64,000 nt of DNA, from NCBI GenBank assembly GCA_964036045.1, contig OZ038378.1, positions 177,754,001-177,818,000 of the forward strand. The letters are read 5' to 3'. The stretch's first letter is position 1. Each line of letters starts with the position of its first letter. Made by a program: the position numbers and the translations under genes. Source of the DNA: Eutreptiella sp. 'Long Island Sound 2002' (taxonomy: Eukaryota; Protista; Euglenida). This document shows, piece after piece, positions 1 to 11,717 of this stretch. The notes below the pieces were generated by a model. That model ran no database searches. It was not told the DNA's origin and saw only the letters and a list, made by a program, of their open reading frames with translations.

Positions 1-570
1 ACAAGCAAAACTATTCCATCAATAGTCTTGGCCCCACAAACGTGTGGGTCAATACATTCCGCACAATAATTCAAATTACATTCACCACATATTGTCTCAG
101 TGTGCTTTTGACAACACAATGAACATATATCAACCTCATCCCCAACATCATCTTGCGCGGCATCCCGGACGGTTGCTTCAGTGCTCTTCCAAACATGAGT
201 GGGAACATGTTCCCACGGTCCATAGGAAGGGTAATAGACCTGCCCTTGGATGCAAATTTGGATAAAGTGTAACAAAATGCACACTGATTGATGCAACTTG
301 TTGGGACCACCACACCAAATGTCCCGTATTAAACCCCAATGCAACAAATGAGCAAACAGTTGCTCAATTTGGGCTTTGTACCATCCATGCACATCATTAC
401 ATGACCGTTGCCGTGCCGATAGATTGTCATTCTTTCGGCCATTAAATGGCACAATGACATGCACACAGCCTCTATAGGCTCCATCATGGTCACCAACTTC
501 AAAATCAAAGAAATCTCCTCGTGTGTGGGAAGGTCCATAACCATCGCAAATCAATACATGCCAGGAGCCA

Positions 571-700
571 AAGGGGCCGGTCCATATCCCCAACCGGAAA
601 GGGGCCGATCCATATCCCCAACCGGAAAGGGGCCGATCCATATGCCTGGCCCGAAAGGGGCCGGTCCATATGCCTAACCGGCAAGGGGCAAATCCATGAG
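571..700. repeat. 28-bp minisatellite, about 4.5 copies
   Basis: Unit AAGGGGCCGRTCCATATSCCYAACCGGA starts at 571, 599, 627, 655 and 683. Spacing is a constant 28 bp with no spacers. Confidence 0.9.
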
Positions 701-3384
701 GAGAAATCATCCCAAATCGCCCCATCCCACCCACCCACCCACTCACACATCTCAGGGGTAGAATCCACCCCAAAAACAGGGGTAGGAATCACAAGTCGCC
801 CAAAAAGCTGCCCCGCGCCGTGCGCACTGACGCTCCCTCAATGAGTAGATTCTAATCTTTCTTAGGTTGCATACAGAGACTGGAACCATTGTAGGTGAGG
901 TAGAATGTAAACATATCTTCAAATTGGAGCTCCAAAACAACATAGTCAAGCCTTGTTCTTGAAACACACACTTTCCGTAGATAGGCATTGAATATACCAC
1001 CCCGCGGCCTAGGCCTGTGCACGCTCCCGCCCCCATCCCCCCTCTGTGCCCACGTTTGATGGTGGGTTCTTCACATTCTATGGGGCCCCCCATGCCCGTG
1101 CACGCTTAGGGCTGCTGCAAAAAACTAATGCTGCTCGTGCGGAGGCCGGCGCATGATAAATGGGGAATCCCCTGCTTTCATGGCCCTGGATCCAATCGAA
1201 ATAGGGCAGGGGCCGAATGGCACCCCAGAACCAACTTGTGCCTTTGCAGCACATAACCCAATGACTCACGGATCTGGATCTGCAATGTTAGTACAAATGC
1301 AATCTGGCCCATTCAGGATAAGTGTAAGTGGAGTGCTTTGGCGCCGCCGATCGCAGGCGCCCTGGCCTGCAACCCTAGCAATGGCATGCAACATGGGCAT
1401 CAATAGCGATGTAAGTGTATGACGGCATTGTGGGGACTGTGTCCCATCAACAATGCGACGTTCTTTGATGTATGTGTCACTTCGTCGACGGCCGGGGCCA
1501 AGCGGCCAGGGCTCTAAACCCTCAAGGGCCGGTTCTGTTTCTGCAGTCCTGCCCTGCGAGCGGTCGGGAAAATGCAACAAACTGTGGCAAAAATCGCTGG
1601 AGCATTTTTTTTCTGAGTGGATCTCGACCGACATGTCACTAGCGTTCGGCGGTTTCGTTAGGAATCGGCCCCATACCATGTGCCACTCAGTAAGAACCAT
1701 GTGCGTCCCGGATCCGCTTCAGAAAGACCGCGTCCTTCTAACATCACATCTGACCTGTTCAAATGGGTGGCAAATCTCGTCTGGACTGGAACGACGATTG
1801 CAGGCATGCCTCACCCCCCCTCATCCTGTGTGCGAGAGCTTCTGGGCATCCATCTGTGAATCGGGATGGTATTGTGCAACCAGGGCTTCATCAGCAAGTG
1901 AAAATTCTGCGAGCAGAGGCCGCTTGCGACAACAAACAGCGGGTACAAGAGCCTCCCTACATCAAAGTGAGGAATGGTGGTTGCTAGGAATATTGCACTG
2001 CTCGGCGGAGCATCAGCAAACGCCGCACGCACTGTTCAGGCGAACGAAGACCTGCAAAGGCCAAATTAACAGTCACTACCAGTGGAACGATCCTGTGGGC
2101 TGGACCAAGGGGCTTGGTGGCAGGCAAGACCAACATACAATCATCCCCCGCGCGCGATGACTCGTGCGCACCGATGGCATACTGGGAACCATGCGGCATA
2201 TCCGCCTAATTGTTGAAGTGCTCGCGCACTGCATCACGTTCTTGCCCGGAGGGTTAGCTCGGGGCTTCTGATGGACAATCGCAAGCGGGAAGATTAGCAG
2301 GCAAGTGTCGTGATGGTGCAGGGCCCACACACGGAAAAACAAATTGTCATCTTGAGCTGACTCTGTCGGCGCTTTCACCTGCGCCCTGCTTCGCATTGTT
2401 TTGTGTCTTGCTCGACGCTGACTCCATGGGAAATTGACATAGAGTGCCGGGGAAGGGGAGATACAATGGCATAGACATGAAGTGGAAATGCCAGGCACTC
2501 GGGGTCGACGAACAGAATCTGCACAAAGGCCATGCCCTGAGCATAGATCCTCCAGAAGAGAATAGATGCGCGATAGGCAAGAGGTTGGGTAGGCACTGGT
2601 AGGGTCCATCTGGGCAGAACGGGTGTCCGTCGCAGGGTAATGGCACGTGGCCAACAGAGGTCAGCCACCCCTCGCTCTGGATGTACCTGGGGCACGGGAG
2701 GGCCGACTCTTCGGGTATGCAGCGATGCCTCCCCGAAACTGACTGTTGGCCAGAGGCCCCCTGGGGGCAGGGGCGGGACATCGCGTCCTGGGACCGGTAG
2801 AGCCGCCCCCCGCGGGACCTGGAGTCTGCAGACTGGAACATGAGAGGCACAATTGCTCGCAGCTCAAAGCAATGGGGCGAGAACATCACATCAGCAAAGC
2901 TGGTGGGGGTTTGTAATGCATCGTGCAACTAAAAGTGGTAAATGAGGAGCACAGCAACGCAGCGGGGGCTGTGTGTAGTGGCACGGGCTGGAGTGTGTAG
3001 GCGAATGGTCTCAATCCAATGTCGCCACGATCGCCTGTAGCAGCGTATACTCACGCCTGCGGAGAAATCCACAGGCATATCCATACACACACGGCAACGT
3101 GAAGTGACATCCAGCGTCTGGGATTCCTTCAGGATTTGAAGCAGTCCCGATTACGCGCGCCCGACGAGACAAATTCGGGGGTCAGTGGCTCAGGGTTACC
3201 GCGTTACAGTGGTGTACCAAAGGAGTCGTCTCATTGAACATCATCCGGAATAAACAATGATCAAGTGATCTCGATGGAGCAGTGCTTCACGCCCACAGTC
3301 ATAGACACACCGCACGGCCAGAGCAGGCCCATGGGCTGCAGTTCACCGAGACGCGAGACGTTGGTATTGCGAGACCAAAGCATT

Positions 3385-6300
3385 CTACTTATTCTTGCGT
3401 TCTTTCTTCGACGAGGCCACCACCGCACCCAGAGCGACTCCGACAAGAAGGCCCATCCCCATCACAGTGAACATCTCCAGAAAGCAGGGTTGGTAGCCAA
3501 GGCGGACGCCCAACACCCCGAGCATGGGGAGGACCAGATTGTCATCAAGACCGATCACCTCCGCGAGCAGCTGCAAATCGGAATGCGCATGCACAACAGA
3601 CCCGAGAGGAGGGTTGGCGGGGCTAATCGCAGCGGAAGAAAAATCCAAGACAGAACTTGCACACGTCCTCTGGTTTCACGTGCCTCGGGCAGCGGGCTTT
3701 GTAAAGGATACGCAGCCCCATCAGCAGCAGCAGGAGAAAATGCCACTAGACGAATGCAACACGCAACAGCACCCCCAGCCATATGCTGAATCGCCAAACA
3801 CAGAGATACAACAACAGGAAAGGGCGGACAAATGACGGCCAAGAGCTTCACTGCAGACGCCAATCATTCACAATTCACAGGCACTGGACGTGATAAAAGC
3901 ACACCGACCATACAACAATGCACTGGCAGACGGGATAAATGAGGCAGACAAACGCCAAAAAAAAAACACCAACATCACCTCCTGGACAAATCGGGGAGCA
4001 GGGGGCCTGACTCGGGGTTTCGACGACGTGCGCAGCAGACCGGCGCGCAGGGCAGGTTGTGGCTCAAAGGCGTGTGCGGGGCAGAAGGCAGCTACGAGCT
4101 GCGACAGGCGCAAACGTACACATAGCCGTTTCCAGGGCCCACCAAATGTGCTAATGGTCAATGTACCAAAATATGAATTGTGCCTGAATCGTTGGCGTCT
4201 CCGTCACCTTCATCCCCCTATCCGCTTTTGACCCCTCATTTGAGCGCCCAAACAAATTACCCTGAGTTTTGGGGACCTGGGACCTGAAAAAAAATACTGT
4301 AACCCAAACTTCAGGGTCGAAATGCGGCAGACTCTGTATCAATTGGGTTGTTGTTGCAAATGCGAAACACCGTTGTGATCCGCTGCCTCTGAAAATGACT
4401 TCTGTGAAGAGCTGGGACAACACGACGAAGATGAGAATCCCAATGATATGCCGTGGGAGGACACCCCCATAACCACAAACATGTGGCAACTCGTCTCCAC
4501 TGGAAACATTGACGGACTGAATCGTCTCTACAGCCAAAGCCAGAAGTGGGTGCACCTTCGTTCAGCCAATGGTCGAGATACCTGCTTTCACTATCCAAAA
4601 CCTGACTTTGCACAAACAACCTTGGAATGTAGGGGCTTCGTATTGACGTGTGCAGGATGGCCGACCGCCGATCAGGACACGTAAGCGGTTGAGCGATTAG
4701 GTTGCATGGTGCAATATCAGGTCCGATGGCAAACTATCCTGGTTTCTTTTCTGGTTTGCGCAAACGGTGCATCACTGGAATTGCCGCCTGCTGCATGAAG
4801 CATCAGGGGACAAACCTGCCATAGGCTCCCACGGCAAAGGCATGCTCCAACGGCTTGGGGCAGCCATCTGCACGCAAACGTTAGTTTGTTGGTCTGTGGC
4901 ACTTTGCGCTGTGCACATGGCCGGATACTTTTTTCTTGGAGAGCGACTGGTGCGGATCCAAGTCAGACCGCTTCCCTCCTCCCCTACTCCACTGTCCCGC
5001 AAAACGACGAAGGGGGGCCTCGTGCATGGGAGCGCTGCAACATCGGTTTGCCAAGCAGCCCCCTCACGTCTGGCAAGCGTTTGACAGAAAAATTGAGTGC
5101 AGTGCCCGCGACCCCTTTTGTGCAAGGGGATGTGCTGCTGTCACGTGGCCACACTAGCAGCGCGCGGGACTCCCACAAGGACAGTGCATCCCATACCTCG
5201 CCAAATGTCACCGTCCCAGCGGCAATTGCAGCGACGTTAGCTGGCAGCCCCACGTACCACCCAAGGAACCAGCAGACGAGGAAGCACCCGATACTTCCCT
5301 CGCCTTTGCGGGAGGAGCTGCCTATCGGGATGCAGCCGGCAGCAGTTCCGATGGAGGCAGCAGCATCTCCAACCGAGAGGTACAAAATGCCGAGAATAGC
5401 AATCTCCGATGGGGCTGCGAAAAGACACGTGGGCCAGGCACCAAAGGGTTGCAGATTGTGGTTGCAAGGAGTCAACAGCAAGCATGACAATTTCTACTGC
5501 AGTTTGCGCGGTGCACGTTGCCAGGTTCCTCAGATGGCCCCCACCCCCAGCACCTGATGGCCAAATAGAGTGAGAAACCCGTAAATACGGTGTAGAACAT
5601 GCTTCACAAGTATTATTTTATCAGTGTGGGTGGTCATGATACTAAAAGACGATTTGTGTCAGATAAATTCGATGTTTTGTGCTGTTGAGGCTGATGATTG
5701 CTTTGTACGACCCCTTGTGGCCCTACCAAGGGGCGCTCGCAGCACCTAGGACATGGTTTTTGGGGGGAAATAGGGGTGGCTGGGTGCTAGGGTCCGTGGG
5801 CAGGGCTGCCCGGTCCCTTGTGTGGAGGGACTGCCAGTGGTGGCGGGTGTGGCCCACCTCCCCGATTCCACCCATTCCCACGTCCCGTGAGCTGGGCCCT
5901 CCCTGTTGGCCCCTGGGCTTGCGCTCCTGGTCTGGCTCCCCTTACAGTGATGTGTCTTTGGGTGGCTTGCTAGGGCCCCTAGACCCGCCCCCATTGGAAA
6001 ACCTTTATGGGGGACAGGAGGCATGGGGGGGGGGGCTTCGGCTTGAAATTGCTAAATATGGAGTTTTTCTGATTTTGCGCCAAAAAAGTGTTGAAAGTGT
6101 GTGGGGGGGTGCCTTGTGTTACCGAATGTGTGGGGGTGCCTTGGCGTTGTGGGATGTGCGTGTGTATCTTTTGGCTATTCTTGTTGAGACAAGGGCCGAA
6201 CGTATTTTTGGCGGTCTCGGGGGCCCTGTTGTACGCTCCGTAGAGTGGTAGGATAGGCGATGACGTCGGGAAACCAATGGTGGGACGCAAAAACACCTAT

Positions 6301-9300
6301 TTTGTGTGCAGCAACCTCCACTCAGCCCAGAATCCTCCTCTCTTTTGCATTCATGAATTCAAAGGACACACCTGCCAACATGGCAGCGAGGGAGCCAGGC
6401 AGGAAATATGCCACGCCAGCAGCCCTGTTAAACTCCTTTTCACGGACAAGGCCCTTGAAAGTGGACAGATACCAGTCACGCACGAAGGGGATCATCAATC
6501 GACTGGCTTCGAGCATCCATGTGGCAAAGCAGATGGCAAGAAAGAAGGCGCCTGATGCAAAAAGGCAAAGGCCATCACACGAGTGTGCACGCGCACTGGT
6601 TGCGGCAGGTGCCGCCCCATGTGGGATCGGGAAGACGAAGGGCGGGGCGGCTGGCAGTGAGGCCGCGGGGGGATTCAGGTTAGGGTGGTCTGTGGTGCAA
6701 CAACGGGGCAGACAAAAGGGCTGAAAACGTGATTTCTGATTGTGATACATCAGCAGCACCGTCCCCTTCAGACCGTTTTGGGGCACATGAGACATTTACT
6801 GCCCATGCATATGCATACCGAACACCTGTGGGATGATTAGCCCCCCAACCACGCGGACATGTCAAAGATTTACAGTTTTCTTCCGACTTAGCTCCCACGT
6901 TCCTGAACTGTGTAACATGAAAATGTGCTTGTGCCCCCCCCCCCCCCCCGCGAGAACGACACTGAAGTTCCAAAATTTGACGGAAACAACACCCAATGTT
7001 GATCGAACAAGGGCGTTGTCTGCGCGCCCCATGAGAAGACACACGCGGTGGCCATTGCCTCATGAATGTATGACACTATGCAAAGCAAGCGATCAAAAGG
7101 CTCAACGGCTTAACAACGTACGTCAGGTCAGGCAATTCGTCACGTGATTTCCCAACCCCACCTCCGAGGGATGACAAGCGGGGAAGCGGGGTGGCGGGAG
7201 AGCAATCAGTATCTCTGAAATACTATCCCCGTCCTCAAACACAGAAAAAACTTGATCTTCATGGACCACCAGAAAAAGGAAGCACCCAATTCCGGTTCCA
7301 AAAAGTTGCGGCTCTCGCAGGGGGGTAGTTGTATCGAGGAATTTATCACATTCGCTTTGCCCGTATCCCCCCCAGGCCCCCTATGTCCCAACAAGGGGCC
7401 ATGAGAGCTTCTATTCTTGGTTCATCTCGATGCCATGCCGGATAAGTCTTTCAAGACATGCAAGAGTTACCCCTTTTGACCTCCTTATTTGCCTTTTGTC
7501 TAATTGTCATGCTTTTGGCGGCGCGTTCGGGCTTCCCTTGTGGTCAAAGTACACCGAACCTTGAGTCGCGAAAAACTAAGTGCTCTGCATGCTACAGCGT
7601 ACAGTGCAGTCCCTTGGATGCAGAAAAATATGAAGTACACACGTCTCGTTGGTATTTGGCTGCCAAGGGTATTTTAGAAGGGCACAAGACCACAAGGCCA
7701 ATTTACCGAATCGCTCGAGTTCAACCAAAATGTCTTAGAGGCGATCTCCGGGAGCAATGCGAGCGTTACACTCCGGGGAGGGGGCTACGTTGCGGTGGTT
7801 TGTCACCGAGTGTCCTATTTTGGATGCAAAGGGGAACACCTTCGGCAAGCATAACACATGGCCATGGGCAACACAAGCGTCCATGGTGAGCGAAAGTTCA
7901 TCGGGAGACGGCAACCATAGCACGCAAATGTCCTATGCAATACTGAGGAAGAAAATTTGGCGGTTGAGTACAACTTCGAACATCGTGTTCGAAAGTTGCT
8001 AAACGTGCCCTTTGGTCAAAATACCTGCTTTGAATGTTAAGGTGTTCAATGATCACCATCCTCCCGCCCTCCTAGCCCTGAAGCCGAAGGTTGCAATACA
8101 AGATGCACCATGGATATGTGGGCGTGTGAGGTAGAAGATGCACCCCAAATGCAACGGTATCTACGTCACCAGACACCGTTTGCCTGCGGAAGGGATCTAG
8201 ATGGTTCTGGCGTGATCCAGGGGATGATGGCGATGGTCCAAGATTGCAGATGCAAACCGGTGACGTGGGGCACAATTGTGCGCCACCGTCTCACCATTTA
8301 CCCCCCCCCCCCCTAATTGACCCCCCCCCCCTAATTGACCCCCTTGGGATTTCCCAACTCCCCTGTGTCACATAGGGTTTTGCTATGAGACAGGGCATTC
8401 TCGCCTTTGGCCCACGGGCTGTGCTACCTGAAAATCCCAATGTGGGTGCTGCCATTATTTCGGGATCTATACCTCAACCCAGCAAAGGTGAAGAGTTAGT
8501 GGAGGATGTGGGGCCTAAAGGACGTAGAGATTTGGATAACTACAAACGGGCTGAGATTTTGAACTACCTCAACAAGCACACCATGAAGGAGACCTTGGCC
8601 AAGTACCCAGAAGTATCAGAGTCTACTTTGAAAAGAATGAAGAGGCAGGAAAAGTCTATCCGGGCCATGGTTCATCAAGGCTTTGGCAAAATGAAGCGCA
8701 AGAAGGATTTTCGAAAATATGCTGCCTTGGGATCTGCTATGTATGACTTCTTTATTGCAATCTGAGAAGCAAATGGTGCCGTTGGCCGTTCTCTTTTGGA
8801 AGAGTGGGTTGGTTCACAGCCAAAAGAAGTGCAAAAGGACTTTTTGACTGTCAACCCAGAACAACGTAACCTTTTCTTCAAAAGGTGGAAACGAATTTAC
8901 AAGGTAGTCTACCGCCGCATTACCGGAACAAAGCAATACTTACCCGCCGACTACGAGGCGCGCACCAACAATTTCAACTCCTTGTTGCGCTCCATGCACA
9001 AAGCAAAGAAATACAAGGTTTTCCTTGTTGGTGATGAAACGGGTGTCCGTTTTGAAGAACTTCCAAACACAACACTAGCACACAAGGGCTCAAAGAAGGT
9101 GGCTTTGCGTACAACAAACATGGAGAAGTCGATGTTCACTGCGTGGTTGTCTTGCGCCATCATTGTCGACAACGACGGCACCATAGTTGACATCATTAAA
9201 GACCCCGTGGTGACTATGTTCGCAGGCGTTCCCGGTGCCAAGATTGCGAAGGAGGTTGCCACGGATGGCGGTATTGTTACTAAGAATGGTTGGCAAACCG

Positions 9301-10896
9301 GCGATACATTCTTGGCTTGGGTGAGAAAGCGCCTAGCTGATGTTAAGGATTGCATTTTGATTGTAGACCTTTTCTCTGCTCATCGTGATGAGCGTGTGCT
9401 CAGTTTTTTGCGCGCCAAGGGGGTTGATATTTTGTTTATTCCAGGTGGGTGCACTGGCATTCTACAAATTATGGATGTGGTGGTCAATGGCCCCTTCAAG
9501 CGCTTCATTCGGCGTTGCTATATGAAATGAGGAGCTGAGCAAATCAGTAATGGGCAGGTTTGGGCAAAGCCAACACGCAAGCTTCTAATGAAATGGGTCA
9601 ACGAGGCTTGGGCTGATTTTCCCATTGACTCTTTGCGTGCAGCGGCACAAAAACTTGTGCTCGATGCTGCCACCAAGGACTCCGAGGCCCCGTTGGTTGT
9701 CCCTCAACCTGGTGCTGCTCCTGACCCTATGCCCCCTCCTGTTGTTCCTCCCGCTGTGGAGGTTGTTGCCGCAGAGAATGCAGCACTTCAAGTGCTTCAA
9801 GACATGAATGTTAGGGAAGATGATAACGAAGGTGACGAAGGTGAAGAGGGTGATGAAGAGGAAGGGAATGAGGAAACACCAGATGAACTGGAACCCGATC
9901 AAGAGCCAGAGCTAGAGCCAGAGGCGGAGCCACGACCTCTCATTTGTTTGAAATGTGACCGCTTGTTGCGTCGCTCTGCTGAGCAATGTAGTAATTGCAA
10001 AGTGTGGCTCCATCCCGGTTGCATGTCTCGCACTTCCACTGGCAAATGTCCTTTCTGCTAGGACCTGCATCCAATCCTTATGTTGCTTGTGGACTTCACC
10101 TTACTATTTGTACCGCAATTGATTCAAACCAGTGTTTTGCACTATTGTACGTGGCTCGCCCATTGGGGCCCCATGTAGGGTCAGCGGTCGGGGTGAGGAT
10201 TTGACCCCCCCCCCTAATTGACCCCCCCCCCTAATTGACCCCCCTGGGGGTTTGGGCCTTCCGGGGCCTTCCTTTTGTGTGTGTTCTGATTTGCTCACTC
10301 CTACATACACTCGAGGGGAACTCGGATTGTGCCCGGACACGGTATCTGCCCCTTGTTGTGGAATTGCCGGGCTTAAACCATTCAGGGTTACACTTGCTCC
10401 AAAGGGCTACATTGGCAACATTTGTAACGTGCCGAAACGTCCCCCCATCCTTCTTCTCCACCTTCAATCCATCGATGCACCACCAATCGGAAGGGAAAGC
10501 GCGGGAGGCTTTAGGGTTCGCGCTAGAGGGCCGGGTCACGGTCGGGAACGATGGGAAATGAGTTGGACCTCCATTCATCGGCGTTGCTGGTCCGCCCAAA
10601 CCGCCATGTGCCGAAGTCATCCAACCCCATTTTTGCCCGAAATGATATGTTGAGCATATAATGCAGCCTCCAATCATGTGAAAACTCTTCCGTTGGAACT
10701 CCTTCAATACGAGGGGCGGCAAGCCAACACTGCTCGGGTCTTTGATCTTGGAGTGGAGAACGATCAATGTGGCACCCAACACGAAGGCGCCAAACAGGGC
10801 CACCTCCAAGTGCGCGGTGCTGACCGCTGAGGCAATCATGCTTGCGCTGTCGTCTACGAAAACGGTGCGAAAGGATCGAGGCCTTTGTCCACCCAT
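3385..10896 (-). CDS. CTP-dependent diacylglycerol kinase / phytol-farnesol kinase-like membrane protein (cytidylyltransferase-family fold), spliced
   Basis: Exon 1 starts at 10896 and contains KEFQRKSFHMIGG; its 3' boundary is uncertain (about 10300-10450). Exon 2 is 6551-6372 (LEASRL...REKEFNRAAGVAYFLPG), exon 3 is 5414-5197 (LSVGDAAASIG...RKGEGSIGCF) and exon 4 is 3570-3385 (IGLDDNLVLP, TAG stop). Exons 2-4 have GT-AG junctions with compatible phases. The motif order RK-x-H / RE-x-E / GD-x2-A / K-x2-EGS / DDNL-x2-P matches the Dgk1/VTE5 family. Confidence 0.8.
4382..4575 (+). pseudogene. Ankyrin-like gene fragment in the intron of the kinase gene, opposite strand
   Basis: The frame reads PWEDTPITTNMWQLVSTGNIDGLNRLYSQSQKWVHLRSANGR and then degenerates. 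In-frame TGA codons lie upstream (4229, 4241, 4376). The resemblance to ankyrin-like W-x-L-x3-G...RS-x-DGRGP modules is from memory only. Confidence 0.35.
8301..10244 (+). mobile_element. pogo/Tigger-like (IS630-Tc1-mariner) DNA transposon inside kinase intron 1
   Basis: Contains a transposase frame and is bounded by (C)n-TAATTGA repeat blocks at 8301-8343 (preceded by TA) and 10201-10244. Confidence 0.8.
8385..10061 (+). pseudogene. DD35D pogo-like transposase with N-terminal HTH/CENP-B-like region and C-terminal PHD-like finger; two in-frame stops
   Basis: ORFs 8385-8765, 8796-9530 and 9588-10061 are all in one frame, separated by TGA at 8763 and 9528. Catalytic motifs are GDETG, IVDLFSAH and LQIMDVVVNGPFK, with 35 residues between the second and third D. 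The C-terminus is CLKC...CSNCKVWLHPGC...CPFC. Confidence 0.85.
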
Positions 10897-11717
10897 GCTC
10901 CTCTTGTTCGGTCATTCGGTCACCTGCTTCCCATGTTACGGCTACACCCCATTTTCCCTTTCTGCTTTCCCTAAACTCATGCGGACTTGCCCAGGCACGT
11001 GGCCATTCACGAAATGATGGGTTCAAGCACAACGGCACTCGGCATCCTATAGGGTGCGAGGAAGTTGGAGTGTCGTGTTCACACAACGCTTGCACTAAGC
11101 GCACTAGACGTTCAAAAAAAATGGCACGGCACGGCCGGTGTTGACCTTGTTCAATTTGGCACGGCACGGGGGTCTTTGAACCTCCCCAAGGCCCAACTCA
11201 ACCTACCGCTGATAACGCATAACGCAAAGCACACACAACAGGAAACAAGCAAAGCCGTTTGAGCCATTTCCCATTTGAAATTTGAAGCCCTAGAAAGTCG
11301 GCCCACTGTGCATAAATTGCCTTTGATGGCCCGCGAGACTGTGCGACCACTCTTCATCATAGCTTGAACCTACCTTTTTTCATGAATTTTTTCCCTTTCG
11401 CAAGAGCACTTTCGATCTTTGCGAAAGCAATGGTGCTTTTTCGATGAGCGAAACAAAGGCAAACATACTCTCTCACAAAGAGACAAAGAAAAACAGAATT
11501 CGTGAATGTAGGCTCAAGAGTGCAAATTGCAAAAAGACTCGTAGAAAGAGGAAGGAAAAGTCATGAAAAAAAAAGTGCACCATTTGTTAAAGAAGGAAAG
11601 CAAGGGGCAAGGGTGTTGCCAATTCCAACACCCCAACATTTCCGATGCATCGATGAGAATATCAAGAAGCAGACGTGGTAAAATGGATAGTGAGAAATAT
11701 CATTCCAAGATTCCGTG

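Noticed and set aside
571-700. CRISPR-like array (28-bp repeats)
   Set aside because: Units are contiguous with no unique spacers, no cas genes are present, and the context is eukaryotic.
1150-2930. Overlapping medium ORFs, possibly a decayed transposase
   Set aside because: No diagnostic motif or consistent splice pattern could be recognised.
8763-9530. TGA recoding (Trp/Sec) making the transposase intact
   Set aside because: One TGA sits where Arg is expected, TAG stops interrupt the LINE similarly, and no SECIS-like evidence is visible. Point mutation is simpler.
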